Below are positions 1 through 10,917 of a DNA stretch of 64,000 nucleotides, piece after piece. The notes beneath the pieces are model-generated. The model was not told where the DNA came from. It made no database searches and saw only the letters and a program-made list of their open reading frames with translations. Source of the DNA: Octopus vulgaris (Eukaryota); the NCBI GenBank assembly GCA_951406725.2, contig OX597822.1:74152001-74216000 (forward strand), in the 5' to 3' direction. Both the position numbers and the translations under genes were made by a program. The first letter of the stretch is position 1. Each line of letters opens with the position of its first letter.

Positions 1-374
1 ATATTTCCTACTGCAATGAAGCTAAGTTTGCTATCACCTTTACCATATCCCGGAAAGGCATGCAAAACTCATTGTCTCGTGCACTTTACTCTTCAGAGCT
101 AACTATGTGTCAATGTTCTTTTGATTATTTGATTTCTTTACTCGTCTCAGTCTTTAGACTGCGGCCATGCTGGAACGCCGCCTTCGAGAATTTTAATCGA
201 GTGAATCGACTACAGTATTTATTTTTATGTCTTGTACATCGTATCGGTGTCTTTTGCCGAACTTCTAAATTGCGAAGACGCAAACGAACCAACACTGGTT
301 GTCAAGCGGTGCTGAGGAGGTGGAGGCAAACATACGCACAAAGACATACGCACACATCCAAATATAATATATAA

Positions 375-545
375 GTTTTTTTTTTTCATTCTCTCCCTGT
401 TTATTTTCTCTTATTATTTTCTGTTGAAGAGCGTAGGCTTGAAACGTAAAAGACTTTTTCACTTTTCCCGAGCGTCAAACTAATACACCTACTTGTTATT
501 CATACACTCGTCTTCATTTTTAGTTTTTCAATAAATTCCAACTAT
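375..545 (+). mobile_element. Penelope-like element 3'-end (pLTR) fragment with hammerhead-like motif at 416-452
   Basis: TTTT-CTGTTGA-AGAGC-GTAG-GCTT-GAAA-CGTA-AAAG; downstream sequence is homologous to the 3' end of the element at 9873-10070. Confidence 0.7.
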
Positions 546-763
546 AAGGTGGCGATCTGGCAGAAACGTTAACACATCGGTCGAAATGCTTAGCGAGTAT
601 TTCGTCTGTCTTTGCGTTCTGAGTTCAAATTCCGCCAAGGTCGACTTTGCCTTTAATTCTTTCGGGGTCGATAAATTAAGTACTAGTCGCGTACTGGGGT
701 TGATCTAATTAACTAGCTCCCTTCCCAAAAATTTCGGGCTTTGTGTCTAGAGTAGAAAAGAAT
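546..763 (+). mobile_element. SINE family A (AAGGCGGCGAGCTGGCAGAA...GAGTTCAAATTCC)
   Basis: A/B-box-like head. TSD aataaatt(c/t)caactata at 530-546 and 761-777. Confidence 0.85.
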
Positions 764-1144
764 AAATTTCAACTATAGATAGACAGATAGGTAATGGGCT
801 TCTTTCAGTTTCCGTCGACCAAATCCACTCACAAGACTTTGGTCGACCCAAGGCTATTGTAGAAGACACTTCAGATACAACGTAGTTGGACAGAACCCAG
901 AACCATGTAGTTGGGAAGCAAACTTCTTACCACACAGCCACGCCTGCGCCTGGTCTTGCTCTTTGGATTTTGGATTTTTAAATTTTTTTTCGTTTGTTTA
1001 GGAAGACGAACAGACGACTGTGCAGACAGGCAAGTGTTGGCACGTCTCTGATATAGTCCAAATGAAAAACCGCCAACTCGAGCACAGATAAAACTTGGTA
1101 CCAGTGTCTTCAAAGGCGTTGCTATTAGAACGTAAGGAACCGGG

Positions 1145-3052
1145 AAATCCTAAGTTATTTTAACAACGAAATGTAAGATAAGAGGAGAACAAATCAGGCG
1201 TGCGACTGTGATGCTTGCAGTCTTAATAAACCTATTACATTAATTTCAAATGTTGGTACAAGACCGGCAATTTCGGGTGCTAGCCGGTTACATCGATCCC
1301 AGTGGTCAGCTGAAACCTATTTTATCGACCCCGAAAGGATGAAAGGCAAGCTCAACCCTTTGTGGCATTTGAACTCAGAATGTAAAGTCGGAAGAAATGC
1401 TGCTAAGAATTCTTCAAGGTATACTAACGATTCTGCCATCTCGCCGTCTTAACCAGTTAATTATATTTCCAGTGATTTGGACCTCTGGCCCTCTGGCGCT
1501 CTGATACTCTGGCCTTCTGGTGCTTTGGCCCTCTGACGCTTTGACCTTGCGGCCCTCTGGCCCTCTGGCCTTCTGGCTCTCTGGGAAAGATACCTCACAG
1601 TATATCATCAGTTCCACCAATTGACACCCGTCACCCACCCTGGAACGGTACCCTTTATAAGAACTAGAAAAGATGAAAGGCAAAGTTAATCTCATCGGGA
1701 TTTGAACTCGGAACGTAGAGACTCAGCAATTCGTCAACAAAGATACGGAGCAGGCTTTCAAGTGAGGTGCAAAGGTAGTAAGCAACTTTGAAAGCTGCTT
1801 TCTTAAAACGCTCCCTGATACTCAATAGGCTTCAAACAGGGGTTTTTTTGTCTTTGTTTTTTTTTTTTCTTTTTTCTTGGAATGTACGATTGTTAGATGC
1901 CAGGTTTATAGTATAAGTATACGATATTTGTTTAGAAAATTCTTCGTGTTACGCTCTATAATGTCTGGTTCTGTTAAGTTCCACTCTAATAATACCGAAA
2001 AGGTGTTAATGGTACAGAAGATTATTATTTTCGTTTCTCTTTTTTGTCTTTTTGTTTTCTATTTAAATGAGTTTTTAGAATCTTTCATCTTCAAAATTAT
2101 TCCTCTCTCTCCCTCCCTCTCTCTCTCTGTATCCCCCTCTCTCACTCTGTACCCTTCTCTCTCTCCCCCCTTCCCTCTCCCTCTTTTTCTCACACAAGCA
2201 TGTACACACATTTTCATGCTCCCTCGCACACCTTTCAGCTACAAAGCTTTACTTCCATCTACGTCCAAACAACGACAATAATATTCCTCCTTCCTGTATT
2301 GTATGTATATATATATTTTTTCTTGTTCATGAAGTTCCGTATCATCTGTCCGTTTTGCCTGTCTGCCTCCTGAAATTGCTAACTTTTATTGATGGGTGAC
2401 AAAATCGGTAGATCACCGAAAAAAATGCTCTCTGCACTCGAAGTTCAAATCTTTTCAAAATAGTCTATTTATTCGAAAATGTGAATAAAGTACCTTAATA
2501 GTCAATACTGAATGGATCCAGACCTCTTCTCCTTTCCACTGGAACTGTTGCACTTTGAGCGATTATTTGAGAGCCAAAGCGCCAGAGGGCCAGAGAGCCA
2601 GAGGGCCAGAGCGCCAGAAGGCCAGAGGGCCAGAGGGCCGCAAGGTCAAAGCGCCAGAGGGCCAAAGCACTAGAGGGCCAAAGCACCAGAGGGCCAAAGC
2701 ACCAGAGGGCCAGAGTATCAGAGCGCCAGAGGGCCAAATCACTGGAAATATAATTAATTGGCTAAGGCGGCGAGATGGCAGAATCGTTAGTATACCTGAA
2801 GAATTCTTAGCAGCATTTATTCCGACTTCACGTTCTGAGTTCAAATGCCACAAAGGGTTGAGCTTGCCTTTCATCCTTTCGGGGTCGATAAAATAGGTTT
2901 CAGCTGGCCACTGAGATCGATGTAACCGGCTAGCACCCGAAATTGCTGGTCTTGTACCAACATTTGAAACTAATATAATAGGTTTGTTTAGTCGCACGCC
3001 TGATTTGTTCTCCTCTTATCTTACATTTCATTGCTAAAATAACTTAGGATTT
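1145..3052. repeat. Inverted duplication, arms about 1145-1583 and 2606-3052; each arm holds a SINE A copy and a GCCAGAGGG-type 9/18-bp tandem array
   Basis: aaatcctaagttattttaacaacgaaatgtaagataagaggagaacaaatcaggcgtgcgac (from 1145) is the near reverse complement of 2991-3052; similarity continues across the arms. Confidence 0.9.
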
Positions 3053-3138
3053 GTTAGTGCTTCCCAGATTAGGTTAAGGAAGTGACCATCTCAGTGTTTC
3101 TAGAAACTTATACTATAAATTTCACTCAAATATTTAAT

Positions 3139-3373
3139 TACATTATTTACATTCGACAGATATTTGTCCTCATCTTGTTTGTTGTTAACACAACGTTTCG
3201 GCTGATATACCCTCCAGCCTTCATCAGGTATCTTGGGGAAATTTCGAACCTGAGTTCTCATTCCTAAGGTATTTTTCGATCTTATTATTATTATTATTCA
3301 GGTCACTGCCTGGAATCGAACTCGGAATCTTGGGGTTAGTAGCCCGAGCTCTTAACCACGACACCATATGACC
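3139..3373 (-). mobile_element. tRNA-headed SINE with a 3' minimal hammerhead ribozyme
   Basis: 73-nt degenerate tRNA at 3373-3301 (A box TGGTGTCGTGG, B box GAGTTCGATTCC, GGTCAT/GTGACC acceptor stem), then (AAT)n, then a hammerhead at 3232-3187. Confidence 0.75.
3187..3232 (-). ncRNA. Minimal type I hammerhead ribozyme, canonical core
   Basis: GATAC-CTGATGA-A-GGCTG(GAGGGTATAT)CAGCC-GAAA-CG-TT-GTGTT; stem I has G-U pairs, stem II is 5 bp, stem III is palindromic ACGT. Confidence 0.75.
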
Positions 3374-3547
3374 CAGTAAATAATGTACATAATTCCTCAT
3401 TCCTTAAATATAGAACTGAAATATTATTTGTTAGGTATTTTTGTTTGTTTTTTGCTGTTTTTTTTATTGCGTCTATTTTATATTTCCGGCCTTGGCCTAT
3501 CACCCATCTAGCAGCAAAATAAATTAGCTTTAGCTATAACCAAAGGT

Positions 3548-3725
3548 AGAGGCACATGGATTAGTGGTGAGTGTGTTGGACTTATGATCGTAAGATTATG
3601 GTTTCGATTTCTGAACCAGATGATGCGCTGTGCTCTTGAGCAAGACGCTTCATTTCATGTTGCTGCAGTCCACTCAACCGGTAAAAATAAATAATCCTGC
3701 GACGGACTGGCGTCCCATTCAGGTC
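3548..3725 (+). mobile_element. tRNA-derived SINE family C, diverged
   Basis: tRNA-like head (TGGATTAGTGG...GGTTTCGATTTC) followed by CTTGAGCAAGAC..TTCATTTCA body shared with 20325-20690 and 59498-59822. Confidence 0.65.
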
Positions 3726-4174
3726 ACGTTTTTTTCTTTCCTTGTTTTTTACCCCTCTGCGAAGTAATTTTATTTTAATTCTTTCGCAGGAAGGGCTAGT
3801 TCGACGAGTCGTGTTTTGTCCTCATCTTCGAAACACGCTGGAGTTGAACTAGGGACAGCTGATGAAGGGGATTTTTCCTTGTGTAGTTTGTCTTGTACTC
3901 TGTTTTTTCGTTGTTAAAAAAAGGTCCGTTCCATGCTTGTTTTTACGTTTTCGTTTCTCGTTGAGTTCTACGTCTATTTGTGGTGTCCTGTACTCACGTA
4001 TATATATTTATATATGCATGTATATATACATGTAGATGTAGGTACGTACATATATGTATGTATGTATGTATGCATATATTTTATTTATTACACTATTGTA
4101 TGACTGAGCGCCCTCGCGTCGATTCGATTCGATTCGATTCGTTTCGTTTCGTTTCGTTTCTTCTTCTCCAAGTA

Positions 4175-4210
<36 letters not shown>

Positions 4211-4239
4211 GACCCTATGCTTCTTTCGGAGTAATGTGA

Positions 4240-4480
4240 GAAGTATAACCAAAGGTTCCACAACAAGGTCCAACCCTGGTTGTGGTGTAGTGACTTGTGT
4301 GGTTGAGTGACTCTGAGAGCTATGCCAACAGAGTACAAATTCCTGGTAGGGTCTTTCATGTTGGGTAGATCGAAACAGAGAGGCCAGATTAAAGTGGACC
4401 TGCTCTTCCCTGAACTAAAAATGTGTTTGCATTGAGCTCAACTGAGCTACCTAGAAAAAAAAATGCAAAGTTTTAGGTGC
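4240..4480 (+). mobile_element. Possible degenerate RTE-type LINE 5'UTR fragment
   Basis: GAGAGCTATGCC...TCCTGGTAGGGTCT...GAGGCCAGA resembles RTE 5' leaders from memory; no ORF follows. Confidence 0.25.
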
Positions 4481-4925
4481 GCCAATGACAATTCAAAGCC
4501 AACAAGACCTGAGAGACGAAGGCCTTCCCTCAAGATCTAATTTATGCGAGGTGAGTGGCTGAATGAGGTAGGCATCTATCGGCTGGGGTTTTTTTTTTTG
4601 CGCATTTTGAGAGGCGTGTGTTAAAATTTGTTGAGATTTAGAATGCACTGGGCAAGAATAGTCGATTGTGCCTGCTCTAGGGGTGGGGGAGTCGCGAAGG
4701 GCTTAAGGGTGGGCAGAAAAGGCCAAAGCGAGTGACCCCTTGCCTGCGAAAGATATTATATGTTTCTAACATAGATACGAGGCCTGAATTAAAATCGATC
4801 TCAGTAACCGGGAAGAGTGATATGAAAAGTTGATCTCAGCGAGTTTTGAACTCAGAACGTAAAGCATGAAGTGGAAGAGGCAGATAGACAGGCAGGCAGA
4901 CATAAAAGCAGACATACAGATAGAC

Positions 4926-4995
<70 letters not shown>

Positions 4996-5484
4996 GAGAA
5001 TGAATAGAAAACGAAAGTGGCACACAGCACATTTGGCAGGAGTTTAACAAGTTTGACCAAGCTCTATGAAACACGTTTACATATATGTGTGTGTGTGTGT
5101 GTGTATATACATATATATGCATGAATGCATGTATACATACACATACATATATGTGTAAATAGTCATGAATATATTGCTCTACCTTAGGTAGTCGAGTACT
5201 GCTTTTCCCACCTTGTTTTGCATTTATGTACTTACTTGTGTGTAGATACACACACACACACACAAACAAACATACACACACTCACACACTCATATATAGA
5301 GAGATAGATAATCAGATAGACAGCTAGATCGATACATACATACATACATACATACTTACATATATACATACACATAGATACATACACATATCCATGTATC
5401 TATCTATATAGCTATATATATATATATGAATATACATACATATATACACACATATATCACTATATAGCTTGATGAAGAGCGAGC

Positions 5485-5532
<48 letters not shown>

Positions 5533-5891
5533 GAGAGAAATGTATACATTTAATTCCCTCCTGCTCTTCATAAACGATTTTCTTTTTATTTTTCTTTTGC
5601 TTGTAACGTTTTAGAAATAGTTAGTGCCAGTTCGTTTGATTTCTTACATCCATTAAAAATGTCATCTAGTGTGTTGAAACAATTGAATACTTCTGTCATC
5701 CTATCCTCCTTACCATTCCCTGGCACCTACGATCTCACTAGACCTAGTAATCTGCGAACCAATTTGGGTTGAATTCTTGCTTCTTGTTGATTTTCGTCTT
5801 ACATTTTTCACCAAGTCTTCATTTGTATATACAATGCAGAGACGAGGATGTGTGCTAGTGAGTGCATGTCAACGTGCATATGTGTGTGTGT

Positions 5892-5929
<38 letters not shown>

Positions 5930-6058
5930 TGTATGTATGTATGTGTGTGTCTATGCGTTCTTATGTATTTGGAAATATAGAATTAAAGTACATTCAGTTC
6001 TACATATATCCATATACAAAGGCACACGTATATAAATATATATGTGTGTGTGTGTACG

Positions 6059-6157
<99 letters not shown>

Positions 6158-6544
6158 TATTGTTCTCCCCCATTATCGCTTAATAACCGTTGGTGTGTTT
6201 ACGTCCTCGTAACATAGAGGTTCGGCAAAAGGTTTTGTAATACTACTACATAGAGGTGATGGTCACAGATGAAAAGCTTTTGACTCCGATAGGCCTGGCT
6301 GATGATGTTCGAGCCTGCCCAGAACAGCAACAAGAGCCCCAGTAACAGCAACAACAACAACATCACCGTTAACAGTAGTATCAGCACCGATAACACTGAG
6401 AAGATAACCTGTAAGTGGTAATCTGATATGTTAGATATAGCAGCTAAATCTTTCTGATTCATTGCATAATGTAGTCTAACATTTAATCTGCTTTACAAAA
6501 AGACATGGAGGTCACAGCTTGAATGTCTTTGATCATGTTTATTC

Positions 6545-6940
6545 TTTTATTCTTTTACCCGTTTCATTCATTTGACTGCGGCCAAGCTGGAGCACAGTCT
6601 TAAAGGGTTTTAGCGGAACAAATCGACCCCAGGACCTTATATTTTTAAAGCCTAATACTTATCTACCGGTAACTTTTGCCGTACCGCTACTTTACCGTGA
6701 CGTAAATACACCAACACCGGATATTAAGCGATGATGGGGAGGGACAAACACAAACACAAAGACACACACACAAATACACATACACACACGGACAGGCATA
6801 CACACATACAGACATACACGCACATATATATGACGGACTTCTTTCAGTTTCCCTCTACCAAATTCACTCACAAGGCTTTGGTCGGCCCGAGGTGCCACGC
6901 TGTGGGACTGAACTTGGAACCATGTGGTTGGGGAGCAGGC
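6545..6940 (-). mobile_element. SINE family B
   Basis: Reverse-complement match to 13067-13470 with an internal deletion. Confidence 0.75.
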
Positions 6941-7159
6941 GTCTTTCTGTTTTTGTTTTTTCTTGTTTTTGTTTTCTTGATTGTTTGTGATGTGCATGTT
7001 GAAGTAGGACTGACCAGAAGCCAAACAATAACAATAAAGAAGACAACTGCGCCAACTACAACAACGAAAGCACCATCATTATCATCAGTACCACCATCAT
7101 CAACATCGCTATCATCATCATGCTCCCCGTCATCAGCAGCCAGAAGAGCATCATGCAAT

Positions 7160-7591
7160 CACTATACCATCATCATCATCGTCATTGTCGTCGTCGTCAT
7201 CATCATCACCGTCGTCTTTGTGGTCAGCAATATCATCAAAGTCATGATCATCGTGACCATCTTCCTCATCATCACTAACGCCATCGTAGTCCTCGTCGTT
7301 ATCATCTTTAACAACATCCCCATCACCACTGTCATGAACAACAGCATCGATAACGACATCATCATTGCCAGAACCATCAATGTCGTCGTAATCATTATCA
7401 ACACCCTCGCTGTCATTATCGTCAGCACCACCATCCCCATCATCATCATCATCATCACCATCATCATCCCCATTATCATCATCATCGACATCACCATCAC
7501 CATCCCTATTATCATCATCATAATCATTATCGTCACCGTCACCATCATCATCATCATCATCATCATCGTTACCATCACCATCATCATCATT

Positions 7592-7634
<43 letters not shown>

Positions 7635-7692
7635 CCATCATCATCATCATCGTCGCCGTCATCGTCATCATTACCATCACCATCACCATCAC

Positions 7693-7727
<35 letters not shown>

Positions 7728-8129
7728 CCATCACCATCGTCATCATCATCATCATCATCGTCGTCATCATCATCATTACCATCACCATCACCATCATCAT
7801 CATCATCATCATCATCAGCATCATCATCACCATCAGCATCATCATCGTCATCATCATCACCATCATCATCCTCAACATCACCATCACCATCACCATTATC
7901 ATCATTATCATCATCATAATCATTATCGTCACCATCATTATCATCATCACCGTCACCACATCATCATCATCACCATCATCCCCATCATCATCATCCCCAT
8001 CATAACCATCATCATTACCATCATTAATATCATCATCATCATCATCACCATCACCATCACCATCACCATTACCATCATCACAATCCTCATCATCATCATC
8101 GTCACCACCGCCATCCCCATCATCATCCC

Positions 8130-8177
<48 letters not shown>

Positions 8178-8180
8178 TAA
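7160..8180. repeat. About 1 kb imperfect (CAT/CAC/CGT)n trinucleotide array
   Basis: Seen directly; it produces the spurious poly-Ile and poly-Met ORFs. Confidence 0.95.
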
Positions 8181-8524
8181 CGTCACCATGATGATCAACA
8201 ACGTAGCTGAAACAAAAAATAAACAGAGAGAACTCTTCAAACCCAGAAGACCTGTTGGTGTTGTGATGATAATAACCGAGTTATGCCAAGTCAAAATAAA
8301 AAAAACCGGCAGCGACCTTTTTCAAAGACATTTGACGAATGTTTCTTAAACTCCCGCCACGACCACCACCTCATCGCACCCCACCATCAAAATCTCCATC
8401 CATAACCCTGATCCATTCCTACATCGCATAACAGAACTGGGGGCGGGGAGGAATCTCCATTGTTGTCAACGTCTTTACGAACAAAGATCAGATTTCTTTT
8501 TTCCTTAAGCATTTTTTAACTTTT

Positions 8525-8870
8525 TCTTGTTTCAGTCATTGGACTACGGCCATGCTGCAGTGCAACCTTGTAGAAGAGGTTAGTTGACCTCAGAAATTTT
8601 TTTTAAAGTCTGCTATATATTCTATCGATCTCTTTTGCTAAACTGTTAAGTTACGGGGACATAAACGAACCAACAATGGTTCTCAAGTGTTAGGGCGGGA
8701 CAAACAAAAAGACACAAATCACATAGTTTCCGTCTACCAAATTCGCTCACAAGGCATTTATAGGCTCGGCTGTCTGTTAGAAAACAATTCCTCAAGATAT
8801 CGTGTAGTAGGATTGAACCAGAAGGCACGTGACTGCAAAGAAAACTTCTTAGCCACGCAGCTATCCCCGC
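8525..8870 (-). mobile_element. SINE family B, diverged
   Basis: TTGTTTCAGTCATTGGACTACGGCCATGCTG, TAAGTTACGGGGACATAAAC and GTTTCCGTCTACCAAATT motifs. Confidence 0.6.
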
Positions 8871-8892
8871 TTCAGAAATAAATTCTCTCCTC

Positions 8893-9500
8893 AAGGCGGC
8901 GAGCTGGCAGAAACGTTAGCACGCCGGGCGAAATGCTTAGCAATATTTCGTCTGCCGCTACGTTCTGAGTTCAAATTCCGCTAAGGTCGACTTTACCTTT
9001 CATCCTTTCGGAGTCGATTAAATAAGTACCAGTTACGCACTGGGGTCAATATAATCGACTTAATCCGTTTGTCTGTCCTTGTTTGTCCCTTCTGTGTTTA
9101 GCCCCTTGTGGGTAATAAAGAAAAAAGTATTTCGTCTGCTGCTACGTTCTGAGTTCAAATTCCGCCTAGGTCGACTTTACTTTTCATCCTTTCGGGGTCG
9201 ATAAATTAAGTACCAGTTACGCACTGGGGTCGATGTAATCGACTTAATCTGTTTGTCTGTCCCCTCTATGTTTAGCCCCTTGTGAGCACTAAAGAAATAA
9301 GAAACGATAGCTCGCCGTGCGAAACGCTTAACAGTATTTCGTCTGTCTTAGTGTTCTGACTTCAAATTCCGCCGAGGTCGATTTTGCCTTTCATCCTTTC
9401 GTGATCGATAAATTAAGAACCATTTGCATATTGGGGTCGATCTAATCGAGTGGCGACCTCCCCAAAATTCTTCGGGCCTTGTACCCCGAGTAGAAAAGAA
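8893..9500 (+). mobile_element. SINE family A, head-to-tail multimer (3 units)
   Basis: TATTTCGTCTG..CGTTCTGAGTTCAAATTCCG..GGTCGAC-type body repeated at about 8945, 9128 and 9336. Confidence 0.85.
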
Positions 9501-9601
9501 TTAAATTCTCTCTAAATTAATTTTCTCCCCCTTTTCTCTGTAAGTGGCTAACAATACTGTTATGTGATATTTTTTACCTTCACTTAGGAAGCAATTATCA
9601 A

Positions 9602-9654
<53 letters not shown>

Positions 9655-9664
9655 ATATATATAT

Positions 9665-9852
9665 CGTTAGCCACTACACACATTTTTTCTCTTTTGTTTC
9701 TCTCCTTGTTTTTTCTGCGTCCCTTTCTGTAGAAGAGCGAAGGCTCGAAATGTAAACGACTTTTTCTATTCCTGAGCGATATACTAATACATTTGTTTGT
9801 TTGTACACCACCTGTCTTCGTCTTGTGTTTTTTTTCGTAAACTCTCCCTGTG
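9665..9852 (+). mobile_element. Penelope-like 3'-end fragment with hammerhead-like motif (9724-9757), inverted relative to the adjacent element
   Basis: TTT-CTGTAGA-AGAGC-GAAG-GCTC-GAAA-TGTA-AA; homologous to the reverse complement of 9873-10069; (TA)n on both sides. Confidence 0.75.
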
Positions 9853-9970
9853 TATATATATATATATATATAACGGGAAGCTTTATGAAAATAAACAAAA
9901 GACGAAGGCAGGTGGAAAACAAACGAACAATTGTATTAGTATGGCGCTCAGGAAATATAAATAAAACAAG

Positions 9971-10008
9971 TCTTTAACGTTTCGAGCCTACGCTCTTCAA
10001 CAGAAAGA
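9971..10008 (-). ncRNA. Minimal type I hammerhead-like motif with variant core CUGUUGA in the 3' pLTR of element 1
   Basis: TCTTT-CTGTTGA-A-GAGC(GTAG)GCTC-GAAA-CG-TT-AAAGA; perfect 5-bp stem I and 4-bp stem II. Confidence 0.7.
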
Positions 10009-10194
10009 TACACAGAGAGAGAAAAACACAGAAAGAAGGAGAGAAAAAAATGCGTGCAGTAGCTAACGAATCAACATGGCGATCTGATTTCGGCCAGAGG
10101 TCAAAGATCAAACATGAGACGCGAGAGCGAAATAAGGGGAGATAATAGGGTTGATAAAAGGGTTGAGGGACCAGCTAAAAGTGCGTGGGAGGGG

Positions 10195-10860
10195 TATGGA
10201 TGTGTGTATGTATAGGGTTGGTGTATGTATTAGTATGTATAAGGGTGTGTGTGTGTGTGTGTGTATGAGAGAGTATTAGTGCGTAAGATTGGTCTGGACG
10301 TGCGTATGTATGGGGTTGGTGTATGTATTAGTATGTATTAGTATGTATTAGTACGTATTGGTATGTATAGATGTGTGTGTGTGTGTGTGAGAGAGTATAA
10401 GTGCGTATGCGGGGTTTGGACGTGTGTATGTATAGGGTTGGTGTAAGTATTAGTATGTACTGGTATGTATTAGTACGTATTAGTATGTATTAGTTGGTGT
10501 GTGTATTAGTATGGCACATCATATGTGATGTGATGTGTAAAGTCATGTGGTGTAGTGAGGAGAAGAGGGGGGAGGGGGAGGGGAGGGGAGGGGGGAGAAG
10601 AGGGGGAGAGAAGGCGAGGGGAAGAAGAGGGGGAGGAGAGGATGGGGGAGAATGAAGGGGAGGAGGGGGATGAAGGAGGAAAGAGGGAGAGGGGGAGAGA
10701 GGGAGTGAGGGGGCAGAGGGAAGGGGGAGAGGGAGGGAGAAAGAGGGAAGAAGGGAAGGGGAGTAGGGGTGAAAGGATGAAGGACTGAAGAAGTAGGGGT
10801 CGGGGGGGAAAGGTAGGTGAGGAGGGGGGAGGGGGGTTAGATGAGGAGGGGGAGGGGGTT
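10195..10860. repeat. 3'UTR of element 1: three ~110-bp subrepeats plus a G/A-rich polypurine tract (about 10555-10860)
   Basis: GGA(C/T)GTG(C/T)GTATGTAT(A/G)GGGTTGGTGTA recurs at about 10198, 10296 and 10418; a purine-dominated stretch follows. Confidence 0.8.
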
Positions 10861-10917
10861 AGATGAGGAGGGGGGAGAGTTGAGACCAAATGGCGTATAA
10901 GAGCGAAGAGAGAAGAT

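Larger units (their letters stand above)
135..950 (-). mobile_element. tRNA-derived SINE family B (head GGCGCAGG..TGGCTGTGTGGTAAG), split by two nested insertions
   Basis: Head at 795-950 and tail at 135-350 match the intact copy at 13067-13470 in reverse complement. Confidence 0.75.

Noticed and set aside
2495-2896. ARGPEGQ / ALWPSG repeat proteins
   Set aside because: 9/18-bp minisatellite joined to a SINE; no gene structure.
3301-3373. Functional tRNA gene (ACT anticodon)
   Set aside because: D, anticodon and T stems are mismatched and there is no oligo-T terminator; it is a SINE head. The same applies to the heads at 22655-22727, 39228 and 41456.
6250-6415. Possible exon ending in GTAAGT
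   Set aside because: Weak acceptor, no recognisable protein and no partner exon identified.
6731-8005. 424-aa Ile-rich ORF and the antisense poly-Met ORFs
   Set aside because: They are translations of a SINE plus a (CAT)n array that lacks stops by construction.
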